From Candidatus Enterousia avicola (GTDB lineage: Bacteria > Pseudomonadota > Alphaproteobacteria > Rs-D84), in assembly GCA_018714345.1 (NCBI GenBank), contig DVNO01000036.1, positions 240 through 64,239 of the forward strand: 64,000 nt of DNA. The letters run 5' to 3'. A program made the translations under genes and the position numbers. Positions 9,104 through 18,135 of the stretch are shown here, one piece after another. Within the stretch, counting starts at the first letter, position 1. Each line of letters opens with the position of its first letter. The notes beneath the pieces were generated by a model. It worked only from the letters and a program-made list of their open reading frames with translations. It had not been told where the DNA came from and ran no database searches.

Positions 9104-9310
9104 ATGAAAAAATTATCCGTATCTTTATCTGGTCACCAAACAAGCATATCACTAGAGAAAGAATTTATTGATGCCTTGCACGAAATATCTTTAAAAGAGA
9201 ACAAATCTATTGCTTCTATAATAGAACACATAGACGACAACCGTGCCCCTGATTCAAACCTATCATCTGCGATAAGGGTTTGGATTTTTAAAAGATATTA
9301 TAAAGCATAA
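9104..9310 (+). CDS. Ribbon-helix-helix domain protein (RHH_4 type)
   Basis: KKLSVSLSGHQTSISLEKEFIDAL...NLSSAIRVW. Confidence 0.9.
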   Translation: MKKLSVSLSGHQTSISLEKEFIDALHEISLKENKSIASIIEHIDDNRAPDSNLSSAIRVWIFKRYYKA

Positions 9311-9313
9311 TTT

Positions 9314-11326
9314 TTAATCACGCTTTTCTAACGTAGCCAAGAGAATCGTGCACATACAAGAAAATAGCAATATAATAATCATCATACCATCACGACCAAT
9401 TTCTCGATATATTGTACTATGCGCACCGTAAAGGCTTCCATCCATATATCCCTGCTCTGCAACTGGTATTTCTGAAACGACATTGCCATCTGACAATATG
9501 AAAGCGCTAATACCGGAATAATTTGCCCTAACAATTGGCAACCCCGATTCGATTGCGTATCTGCGCACCATGTCCAAATGTTGATAAGTTCCTGGGGTAT
9601 TTCCAAACCAAGTATCATTAGTAATATTTATTATTGCGTCAGGTTTTTCTGCATTTGGAACCAGTGAATCAGAAAAAATTATTTCATAACAAATGGCCGG
9701 CGCAAAACTAAAAACCTTACCATTAATATCAATCGTTATTATTTCTGCCCCATTTCCTTTTGATAATTGACCAGGCGTAGGAATGATGTCACCAAACGGT
9801 CTGTATTCGCCAAACGGAACCAAATGAGACTTACTATAAACTGTCTGAATTGCTCCACCTGGGGTGGCCACAACCATAGAGTTATATAAACTTCCATTCA
9901 TATATGACGTAGCCCCTATGACAACATTATTGTTCAACGCAGCGGCTATTGGCATATCATCACCTTTCAACACAACAAATGGATAGGCTGTTTCTGGAAA
10001 CACAATTAAATCTGGATTACCTGGTCCCTTTGCTAATTCTATAAGAGTATTAACATTATCTGTCGCATTACGAATCGCTTCTTCTCTTGAATGAGTCGCT
10101 TTTTGTTCTGCACTAAGCGCGGGCTGCACAATGCGTATTGTCTGGGTATAATTGTCACTATTATTTGCCTCTGTAATATTTCTATACCCATACAAGGTCC
10201 CAATTCCAGCAAGGGTCAAGAATAATACGAAAGCACCCCAAGAATACTTATTTCTTTTATTCAAAATAAGTTCAACAATAATGGCAATCAAACCAACTAA
10301 AACGAACGTTGTTCCCAAAGCCCCCCAAAGCGCCATGGAATTTGCAAGAATTGGAAACGGCATCAAAATATTAGCCAACGGGTTCCAAGGAAATCCAGTT
10401 AGCAACCACTCGCGCAACCACAAAACAAAAGTCCATACCGCAGCAAACAAAAATGCTCTACATGCTGGTTTTGTGCGTATACAAGAAATTGAAACAAACG
10501 GAATTGAAAAAATTATTCCACCTAATATTCCGATTCCAATAATCGCAGGTATTGTCCAAACTGCAAATTGTTCTGCCAGTTCTGGTACAACAAATATAGA
10601 ATTAACGACCCACCAAAACATAGCTATTGAATAAACCGCACTAAATGGGAAAACGCGTAAGAAGACTTTAAAAACACCTGCCCCAGAAATATTACGAACA
10701 ACTATGGCATAGGCAAACGCTATAGCTATTAAAGTTGCCCACCATAAATGAGTTGGCGCAAAACCTAAGGCAGCCACACCGCCAAGGACTGCCATTATTA
10801 AATACTGTCCAAACCCATTCGGTTTAAATTTTATTCGTTTAAAAAAGGAATAAATTTTGCTGCCTGGACAACATGAAAAATCGCTGCATACGCCTAAATC
10901 CTGCACATAGGGATTTTTTATTCCCATAGAATTTAATATTTCTGTCTCTTTTTTTTCCATTATTTCTGCTTCACTATCTTTTATATGATCATAACCTTGA
11001 AGATGTAACATTCCATGGACAACCATATGAGCAACATGATCCTTAACAGAAATATTTTCTTTTTTTGCTTCTTTCACAATTGTATCTAAGGATATATAAA
11101 TATCACCTAATAAAATATCATCACCCAGTTCGAAAGACAGAACATTTGTGGGCCTATCTATATTACGATACTTTCGATTTATTTCATGAATCTCCTCATC
11201 ATTGGTAAGAGTAATCGAGACCTCTGCTTCCGGTCCTGCATAAACAACCGCAGCATTGGCTATTTTATTAAAATCAATCTTATACTTACGCCAACGTTCA
11301 TCGTTGTAATTTATACATACTTTCAT
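9314..11326 (-). CDS. lnt: Fusion of rRNA maturation RNase YbeY and apolipoprotein N-acyltransferase Lnt
   Basis: N-terminal YbeY (PTNVLSF, LGDIYIS, HMVVHGMLHLQGYDH) is in frame with Lnt (LTGFPWN, VFPETAY, YSKSHLVPFGEY, ICYEIIF, NITNDTWFG). Start at ATG 11326. Confidence 0.92.
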   Translation of the reverse strand: MKVCINYNDERWRKYKIDFNKIANAAVVYAGPEAEVSITLTNDEEIHEINRKYRNIDRPTNVLSFELGDDILLGDIYISLDTIVKEAKKENISVKDHVAHMVVHGMLHLQGYDHIKDSEAEIMEKKETEILNSMGIKNPYVQDLGVCSDFSCCPGSKIYSFFKRIKFKPNGFGQYLIMAVLGGVAALGFAPTHLWWATLIAIAFAYAIVVRNISGAGVFKVFLRVFPFSAVYSIAMFWWVVNSIFVVPELAEQFAVWTIPAIIGIGILGGIIFSIPFVSISCIRTKPACRAFLFAAVWTFVLWLREWLLTGFPWNPLANILMPFPILANSMALWGALGTTFVLVGLIAIIVELILNKRNKYSWGAFVLFLTLAGIGTLYGYRNITEANNSDNYTQTIRIVQPALSAEQKATHSREEAIRNATDNVNTLIELAKGPGNPDLIVFPETAYPFVVLKGDDMPIAAALNNNVVIGATSYMNGSLYNSMVVATPGGAIQTVYSKSHLVPFGEYRPFGDIIPTPGQLSKGNGAEIITIDINGKVFSFAPAICYEIIFSDSLVPNAEKPDAIINITNDTWFGNTPGTYQHLDMVRRYAIESGLPIVRANYSGISAFILSDGNVVSEIPVAEQGYMDGSLYGAHSTIYREIGRDGMMIIILLFSCMCTILLATLEKRD

Positions 11327-11339
11327 AACGAAACCTATT

Positions 11340-13259
11340 TTATGCAATATTTTCTTTTTCCACTGTACCGCGCCGCCTAATCTTAAAAGCCTTGCTTTTT
11401 CCATTGACACGTTTAGCCGCCTCAACAAAATTTTGCCCTTTCTGGCGAAGCAATTTGTTGACACGTTTTATATCTTTTTTTACCCCTATATTCCCGTTAC
11501 GCACAGATAGCTTATAGTTCTTCAAAGCACGTTCTAGATCGCCAATTTGTTCGTACGCAAATCCAGCATTATACTGAGCCGCGGCATATTGACTTTTATC
11601 TCCTATTCTAGTCAAAATTTCGCGCGCACATTTTATTGCTTTTTCATACAATCCAAGATTGTTGTATGTGGCGGCTAAATCATTATGTAACAACGCATTA
11701 TCCGGGAAGCTTTTTAACATATTTTCCAACTGAGCCGCTGCACTTTTATAATCTTTTTTAGAATATGCCAGCATAGCATTTTCATATAAATCATCATATC
11801 CTATGGTATAAGTTTTCACAGTAGATATTTTTTCAGTTTTTGCATAATAATCTACAAAATCATTATTACCTAGTACACATTTACCACTTTGGCAAAGCAA
11901 TAAAGCATCGTCCGGTAAATAATCAGAAACCTTTTTCCAATTTTTTAGACTTTTCCCTTTCTTGTCCCTTGGATTTTTTAACCATTCCTTAAATACCTTG
12001 TACGTTTTTTTATTAACACGTGGTCCCGAAACATCACTTTCAAAAAAAGCACTTTTTTCTTTTCCCATAAGAGAAAAAAATTCATACATACCATTTATAG
12101 GACAATTTAATAACATTTGTGGTGTTATATCTCCCGTCATCAACCCAGCTTCTAACCAGCGCCGCCAATACATTCCCTTTCCTCCGGCCAAAAAACCACC
12201 CAATTTATTAGCGACCTCATTTTTATCGGAACCACTAAGCCAAGCTTCTCCGAAACTTCTTGGTTTTCGTACAGGATAAACATCAAAACACTGTTTCACT
12301 AAAGAATCTGGAAGTGCATAACCGTACTCCTTATAAAGCTTACGTAATTTATCAAATCTATTTTTATGATTAGAGTCTTTCGGGGCTTCTATCAATTTAG
12401 AATATGCATTATATACAACAGACCCTATACCCAAGGCTTCGCTAGTTGTTTCTATGTGAACATTATCTTGAGACACATCATAACAATAAAGAACAAAAAA
12501 TGTTTCATTTTCTAAATGCCAACGCGCAAGCTCATATGCCTCTTCATCTGTTATTGGTGGTGTACTCATAGTAACTTTTGTACCATCTTTCAAAACAGTT
12601 GAACCAAAGCCTATTGTTGGAATTCCCTTTGAGTCACGATATGGAGTATGCATGCCGTTTTCATTAATGTGTACCCCCTCTTTTACTATTAAATCGGCTA
12701 TCAAAACAGGTGTTATAGGTTTTATTCTTTCTAAGAATGCTTTATAAGTACCACTAAATGCTTTTTTTTCTTCGCTGTCCAGTTTCCATTCTTTATAATC
12801 ATGCTCTATTTCTTGTTCATATTTAGCAGTTACATAGCCAGCCCCAGATACAGCAGTTAAACCCAATAACCACAAAATATGAGCAGATAAATTAGGATAC
12901 TTTTTTGCAAACGAAGATACTTTTTTGGGTTTACCTTTTTTGTTTTTACCAACAGTCATATCAGAAAAATTTTTTTCCATTTTACGCAGGAAAGCATTAT
13001 CCATAGTCAACCAACGCGCTAAAGTTAATAAAAACTGTGCACCACCAGCAGCCAACCACGCAGACCACTTAACTGCCCCCAAACCAAAAATACCGGCAGC
13101 GTCCATAAACTTTGCATTTTTATCTTTTATCCCAGCGGATTCTCTCTTTTGCCGTCTTTCTTTTATAGTTTTTACGACTTCCTTTTTCTCTATAAATTTA
13201 CGTAATTTTTTTGCAAGCTCTTCGGGAACAGCAACATTCTTTCTAAACTTTTCTGACAT
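11340..13259 (-). CDS. Membrane-anchored GH24 (phage-type) lysozyme-domain protein with C-terminal TPR repeats
   Basis: KEGVH...PYRDSKGIPTIGFGST (E/D/T triad pattern); two hydrophobic segments N-terminal to it; TPR-like ALLHNDLAATYNNLGLYEKA and AAQYNAGFAYEQIGDLERALKNY. AGGAG RBS before ATG 13259. Confidence 0.8.
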   Translation of the reverse strand: MSEKFRKNVAVPEELAKKLRKFIEKKEVVKTIKERRQKRESAGIKDKNAKFMDAAGIFGLGAVKWSAWLAAGGAQFLLTLARWLTMDNAFLRKMEKNFSDMTVGKNKKGKPKKVSSFAKKYPNLSAHILWLLGLTAVSGAGYVTAKYEQEIEHDYKEWKLDSEEKKAFSGTYKAFLERIKPITPVLIADLIVKEGVHINENGMHTPYRDSKGIPTIGFGSTVLKDGTKVTMSTPPITDEEAYELARWHLENETFFVLYCYDVSQDNVHIETTSEALGIGSVVYNAYSKLIEAPKDSNHKNRFDKLRKLYKEYGYALPDSLVKQCFDVYPVRKPRSFGEAWLSGSDKNEVANKLGGFLAGGKGMYWRRWLEAGLMTGDITPQMLLNCPINGMYEFFSLMGKEKSAFFESDVSGPRVNKKTYKVFKEWLKNPRDKKGKSLKNWKKVSDYLPDDALLLCQSGKCVLGNNDFVDYYAKTEKISTVKTYTIGYDDLYENAMLAYSKKDYKSAAAQLENMLKSFPDNALLHNDLAATYNNLGLYEKAIKCAREILTRIGDKSQYAAAQYNAGFAYEQIGDLERALKNYKLSVRNGNIGVKKDIKRVNKLLRQKGQNFVEAAKRVNGKSKAFKIRRRGTVEKENIA

Positions 13260-13273
13260 AGTAATTTGCTCCT

Positions 13274-13642
13274 TCACTTATTCTTCCCAAGCCCGGTTTT
13301 CTTAGCTATTTTTGAACGTTTTTCTGAATAGCCAGGTGCAACTAACGGGTAATTATCTGGCAACCCCCATTTTTTTCGATATTGTTGCGGGGTCATGTTA
13401 AATTTTCGTTTTATATAACGTCTCAACATTACATGCCACGTACCGTCTTCTAAACACTGAATCTTATCTTGCTTTATTGAATCCGCAATTTGTTGTTTTG
13501 ACACAGATGCGCCACGCAGACTTTCACGTGCGGCGTGAACAGCATCCTCCATTGATAAGGCAGGATTAGCCGCAATAGCCGCTGCAGCCAAATTAGCTAC
13601 AGCCAATGCAAATTCTGCAGAATCTTTATTTATACTTACCAA
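13274..13642 (-). CDS. mucR: MucR/Ros family transcriptional regulator
   Basis: IQCLEDG...MTPQQYRKKWGLPDNYPLVAPGYSEKRSKIAKKTGLG; TTG start. Confidence 0.93.
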   Translation of the reverse strand: MVSINKDSAEFALAVANLAAAAIAANPALSMEDAVHAARESLRGASVSKQQIADSIKQDKIQCLEDGTWHVMLRRYIKRKFNMTPQQYRKKWGLPDNYPLVAPGYSEKRSKIAKKTGLGKNK

Positions 13643-13720
13643 TTGAAAACCTTTGGTTTATTTACTAAAATTCATTATATCACAAATAGTTTATAAATAA
13701 AACATAAGTAAATAAATAAT

Positions 13721-15007
13721 ATGACAACAGAAAACCGACCATTAGCAGACTTAATGAGACCAACGACAATAGATGACATTGTCGGTCAAAAGCAGCTATT
13801 AGGCGAAAATGGGCTTGTTAGACGTATGGTTGATAACCACAAGTTATCTAACCTGATTTTATGGGGCCCCCCAGGATGCGGAAAGACAACTATTGCACGT
13901 GCACTAGCCAAGTCTGTTGACATGGATTTTGTTCCAATGTCTGCTGTATTTTCTGGGACTGCAGATATAAAAAAAGCAATGGAAGCTGCGCGTATGAACC
14001 GCGAAATCGGTCGTTCAACCTTATTGTTTATTGATGAAATACACAGATTTAATAAGACACAACAAGATACCCTGCTTCCTTATCTAGAAGACGGGACTGT
14101 TGTGTTTATGGGTGCGACAACAGAAAACCCAAGCTTTAATCTTAATAACGCATTACTTTCTCGTTGTCACGTTGGGGTATTACAACCACTATCTACCGAA
14201 GATCTAATGACTTTGATAGACCGCGCTGAAAAATACCTAAATAAGAAATTACCACTAGACGATGCCGCACGGTTACACCTAGCTCAAATGTCTGATGGGG
14301 ATGCGCGGTTCTTATTGAACACGATAGAATATTTATCAAACGCAAATTTTAAAAAAGAACTTACGCCAGAAAAACTAGATACAGCCATTCAAAAACGCGC
14401 ACCATTGTCCGACAAAACTGGTGACGAGCATTATAATTTAATATCTGCGGTACACAAATCACTACGTGCAAGCGACACAGATGCAGCGTTATATTGGACA
14501 GCCCGAATGATGACATCTGGCCAAGACCCAATGTACTTATTTAGAAGACTTACAAGATTTGCAATGGAAGATGTAGGATTAGCAGACCCCAATGCGATGC
14601 AATTGGCGTTGTCTGCATGGCAAATATATGAACGTATGGGAAGCCCAGAAGGCGATTTAGCTTTAACAGAATTAGTAATATACTTAGGAACGGCACCAAA
14701 AAGTACAGCCAATTATCGTGCCCAAAATGCTGCCTATAAAACAGCGAAAGAGACAGGAAGTCTAATGCCGCCTAAAAATATACTAAATGCCCCAACAAGA
14801 ATGATGAAAGAAATGGGTTATGGTGCCGGATACATATACGAGCCAGATACAGCATCTGGATTTAGCGGTCAAAACTGTTTTCCAGAATCAATGCCCAGAC
14901 AGAAATTTTATTTTCCAATAGAGCGCGGTTTTGAAAGAGAAATAAAAAAGCGCCTCGATTATTGGGACGCTTTACGAGATAAAATCAACGCCAAGAAAAA
15001 TCAATAA
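13721..15007 (+). CDS. rarA: Replication-associated recombination protein A (MgsA)
   Basis: PLADLMRP, GPPGCGKTT, FIDEIHRFNK, GATTENPSF, ISAVHKSLR, EDVGLADP. Confidence 0.96.
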   Translation: MTTENRPLADLMRPTTIDDIVGQKQLLGENGLVRRMVDNHKLSNLILWGPPGCGKTTIARALAKSVDMDFVPMSAVFSGTADIKKAMEAARMNREIGRSTLLFIDEIHRFNKTQQDTLLPYLEDGTVVFMGATTENPSFNLNNALLSRCHVGVLQPLSTEDLMTLIDRAEKYLNKKLPLDDAARLHLAQMSDGDARFLLNTIEYLSNANFKKELTPEKLDTAIQKRAPLSDKTGDEHYNLISAVHKSLRASDTDAALYWTARMMTSGQDPMYLFRRLTRFAMEDVGLADPNAMQLALSAWQIYERMGSPEGDLALTELVIYLGTAPKSTANYRAQNAAYKTAKETGSLMPPKNILNAPTRMMKEMGYGAGYIYEPDTASGFSGQNCFPESMPRQKFYFPIERGFEREIKKRLDYWDALRDKINAKKNQ

Positions 15008-15966
15008 CACTTAGATTTTTCTATTTGATTTATCATTATTTGAACATTTTTTAGATAGTCTGTCTGATATGCTTTAATTCCAACGCCTGCTCTTTGTATC
15101 AAACGGCTTAAAGTTCTGCCTGGTCCAAGCTCATATGCAGTTGTAATGTTATATTTTGGTAAAGCTTCCATTATATCAACCCAATGCACACCTTGTGTCA
15201 TCTGCTCTGCCAGCCCTTCTTTAACTTCATCGGGGTCGGACATAACCAGCGCAGTCTGGTTAGAAAAAACCTTTGTTCTTGGCGCCCGAACATCTGTCGT
15301 TTCCAATCTGCGCTTCAATAAAATTTTAGCATTTTCCATCAACGCACAATGAGCGGGTACCGCAACATTCAACCTTTTTGCTATTCTTGCCCCATCTTTC
15401 AACGCCCTTGCAACGACCACATCCAAAGCTTCATTTTGTCCACTAATTGTAAATTGATCCCTTGCGTTATGATTAGAAATTGCGGCAAATCCGTGCCCCG
15501 TTGCAGCTATAAGGCACGTTTCTACTTTATCTTTATCAAGTCCGACAATACATGCCATTCCTCCACCCATTTTATCAGTCATGGACATGTATGAAGAACG
15601 TGCTGATAATAAATGTGCCGCATCTTTAAACGTTAAACTACCTGCACAGTGTAATGCAGTATATTGCCCCATTGAATGACCGGTTATTGCACTACCAATT
15701 TTATAAAGAGGTTCATTGAAATGCTCTTCTAGGACCCTTGCGATTGATACAGAATGTACAAACGTTCCCAAAGACGTAAGTTCAGGTTTATTTAAAACAT
15801 CCTGCGGACCTTCAAAACAATATTTTGCAATATCTTTATGAGAAACATCAGAAAGCTCTTCAAACGTATGACGAACAACGGCAAACTCTTTAAAAAGGTC
15901 ATGCCCCATGCCTACATATTGAGCCCCCTGTCCAGGGAAAACGAAAATAATTTCTTCTTCATTCAT
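15001..15966 (-). CDS. fabD: Malonyl-CoA:ACP transacylase
   Basis: FVFPGQGAQ, GHSMGQY, LNVAVPAHCALM, ELGPG. Confidence 0.93.
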   Translation of the reverse strand: MNEEEIIFVFPGQGAQYVGMGHDLFKEFAVVRHTFEELSDVSHKDIAKYCFEGPQDVLNKPELTSLGTFVHSVSIARVLEEHFNEPLYKIGSAITGHSMGQYTALHCAGSLTFKDAAHLLSARSSYMSMTDKMGGGMACIVGLDKDKVETCLIAATGHGFAAISNHNARDQFTISGQNEALDVVVARALKDGARIAKRLNVAVPAHCALMENAKILLKRRLETTDVRAPRTKVFSNQTALVMSDPDEVKEGLAEQMTQGVHWVDIMEALPKYNITTAYELGPGRTLSRLIQRAGVGIKAYQTDYLKNVQIMINQIEKSKCY

Positions 15967-16012
15967 ATCGCCGGCATTATTGCACAAAAATACAAAATGT
16001 CAACACACAAAT

Positions 16013-16036
16013 AAAAACCCGCAAACGCGGGTTTAT
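16013..16036 (-). terminator. Intrinsic terminator
   Basis: AAACCCGC-AAAC-GCGGGTTT inverted repeat with T-tract on the minus strand, after the OMP gene. Confidence 0.7.
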
Positions 16037-16042
16037 TTTAAA

Positions 16043-16759
16043 TTAGAACAGAATATTTACATTTACGCCAACCTGCAAATCATCACTTTCGAACTCGTAA
16101 TCCAGATGACCTGCATATTGAGTTCGCCCGTATTGACGGACTATTTTTCCACCCAACCATTCTTGGTTATAGTGAGGATTTGTTGCCTTACGCAATATGA
16201 ATTGAGCCCCCAATCGCCAATCTTCGGCTATACGGAAATAGGCTTCTGGAATTGCATCAATATAAGCCATACCCCTTTCATCATCAAAAATCCAACTAGA
16301 CTGGATAGTTGCCGCCAAGGTCATTCCCGCCCACTGACGTCCGAATCTATATCCAGCATAATATGTAGAATCTGCAAAATACGGTGTACGAACACGGGAT
16401 GAGCCACCAAATTTCAAACCAAATAATACGTCTGATATTATATGAGCGCTGTTCCCCGATGCGGTTCCCACACGATAAACGCCACCTAAATCAATGGCGG
16501 AAAAGCCGTCTTCCGAGCCATCAAAATCCTGTTGAAAATGTACATTTGCCGCTATCGTCAAGCGGTTATTTATACCATAAGAAATAGCCTCGCCTAAACG
16601 CAAAACATTATCCCAATATGTAAGCGTTGTTTCAGACAAAACATGTTGTTCTGACAGCATATACAAAGGATCAGATGTATCAAGTTCCAAAGAATCAGCA
16701 TATACTGCACATGGCATTAGAAAAAAAACAGAAAACAATCCGATTAAAAATTTACGCAT
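16043..16759 (-). CDS. Putative outer-membrane beta-barrel protein
   Basis: Sec signal peptide, alternating amphipathic strands, C-terminal Phe (VGVNVNILF). Confidence 0.75.
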   Translation of the reverse strand: MRKFLIGLFSVFFLMPCAVYADSLELDTSDPLYMLSEQHVLSETTLTYWDNVLRLGEAISYGINNRLTIAANVHFQQDFDGSEDGFSAIDLGGVYRVGTASGNSAHIISDVLFGLKFGGSSRVRTPYFADSTYYAGYRFGRQWAGMTLAATIQSSWIFDDERGMAYIDAIPEAYFRIAEDWRLGAQFILRKATNPHYNQEWLGGKIVRQYGRTQYAGHLDYEFESDDLQVGVNVNILF

Positions 16760-16842
16760 TTCTCTCTTCCTAGTTTATAAATGAGGAAACCTCATAACGA
16801 AATAAAAACCTGGGGAATTATTATCCCCAAGTCTTATATGTT

Positions 16843-18051
16843 TTAGAACATGAATATAGCTTGCAAACCAACAGAAGCCTCTGAATAGTTGTCTATATGA
16901 GCTGTCCCCATCTGACGGAATACGCCATCAACCGCATCAGTCTGCCAGAAAGTCAAGTCTTTTCCATCAGCGGAATCCCATACAGCCATTTTGCCATACA
17001 GATTCAACGCGAACCAATCATTTGGCTGCCAACCGATTGCCGCCTTCAGACTTGCTTGATTATGCCAATCATAATTACCTAAAACAGCTTCTACATTCAG
17101 TGTCCAATCTTCATCAAGAACACTAAACACTCCAAGTCCGCCTTCGGCATAGAATGTATTCTTTGCATCAGTATTATACGCCATAAAGAACGTAGAATTT
17201 ACGCCCTCTTCTGTAACCCCGTTTATACCGTTACCATATGAGTTACCCTCAAAGTTCAAGTACCAACCACGAACCAATCCGTATATAGTAGAAGAGCTGA
17301 CCTTATAACCGGCTTTCAAATCCAAAACTATATTATTAGAAATATCTTGTTGGTATTGGTAATACGCAGAAGCTGTTGCAATCCAATCTGCAGTATCTAC
17401 AAAACGCCACTGTAAACCAAGTCCTAAAAGATTAAGACCACTGTCATCCATGGAATCATCCGGTGCAACCGCCCAGTCAAACTTATAGTCGGAAACATCA
17501 AAGCGCGCCATAGCTAAAATTGATAAACGATCAGTAATACCGTAACTAAAATCTTCTTTTATAGAAAACTGTGTTGCATCCCATTTTCCATTAGGATCGG
17601 AAATCCATGCATCTGCAACCGGCGTCAAGAAAATATCATAAGAATTCGTGTTATATGACAAATCTGTAACGGAACCAAATTTTCCCTTTGTTGGCTGAAA
17701 GAATGGATGCGCCAGATAATACTTGCGCTTCAACTCCGTACGATATGTTTCTGAACGTGTTGTACGAACAGTCGCTGCAGCGTTACCGCTATCATACTGC
17801 TTATACAATGAACTACGGTCAGCAGGCTGAGTGTAGTATATATTTTTAGCATCGGCCTGATCATATGTTTTTGTAGTAGAACGCGTTGTGTATTTTTCAT
17901 AGTTGACTTGTGTACGTTCACGCACAGCCGGCCCACTAGTTAAATCTACACTGGACGCGGCACGCGTACCAGAATTTGTCGCTGCCATAACAGGAAGCGC
18001 ACCAAACAATACTGCAAAAACAGCAAACAAAGAAAAACTCTTTTTCATCAC
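16843..18051 (-). CDS. Putative outer-membrane beta-barrel protein with a Thr-rich N-terminal extension
   Basis: Signal peptide, aromatic-rich strands, C-terminal VGLQAIFMF. Confidence 0.75.
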   Translation of the reverse strand: MMKKSFSLFAVFAVLFGALPVMAATNSGTRAASSVDLTSGPAVRERTQVNYEKYTTRSTTKTYDQADAKNIYYTQPADRSSLYKQYDSGNAAATVRTTRSETYRTELKRKYYLAHPFFQPTKGKFGSVTDLSYNTNSYDIFLTPVADAWISDPNGKWDATQFSIKEDFSYGITDRLSILAMARFDVSDYKFDWAVAPDDSMDDSGLNLLGLGLQWRFVDTADWIATASAYYQYQQDISNNIVLDLKAGYKVSSSTIYGLVRGWYLNFEGNSYGNGINGVTEEGVNSTFFMAYNTDAKNTFYAEGGLGVFSVLDEDWTLNVEAVLGNYDWHNQASLKAAIGWQPNDWFALNLYGKMAVWDSADGKDLTFWQTDAVDGVFRQMGTAHIDNYSEASVGLQAIFMF

Positions 18052-18104
18052 ACATAACTCCTTTTTACGAAAATTATATCATAAAAAAGGCATCCGAAAA
18101 AGCT

Positions 18105-18133
18105 CAAAAAAGAACTCCTATGACAGGAGTTCT
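18105..18133 (-). terminator. Intrinsic terminator after ftsK
   Basis: AGAACTCCT-ATGAC-AGGAGTTCT followed by a T-tract on the minus strand. Confidence 0.7.
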
Positions 18134-18135
18134 AA

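Noticed and set aside
11327-11464. N-terminal extension of YbeY-Lnt in the ORF track
   Set aside because: It overlaps the upstream gene by more than 120 nt; YbeY-like sequence begins at ATG 11326.
11340-13259. Prophage remnant around the lysozyme gene
   Set aside because: No holin, structural or integrase genes; the flanks are core genes.
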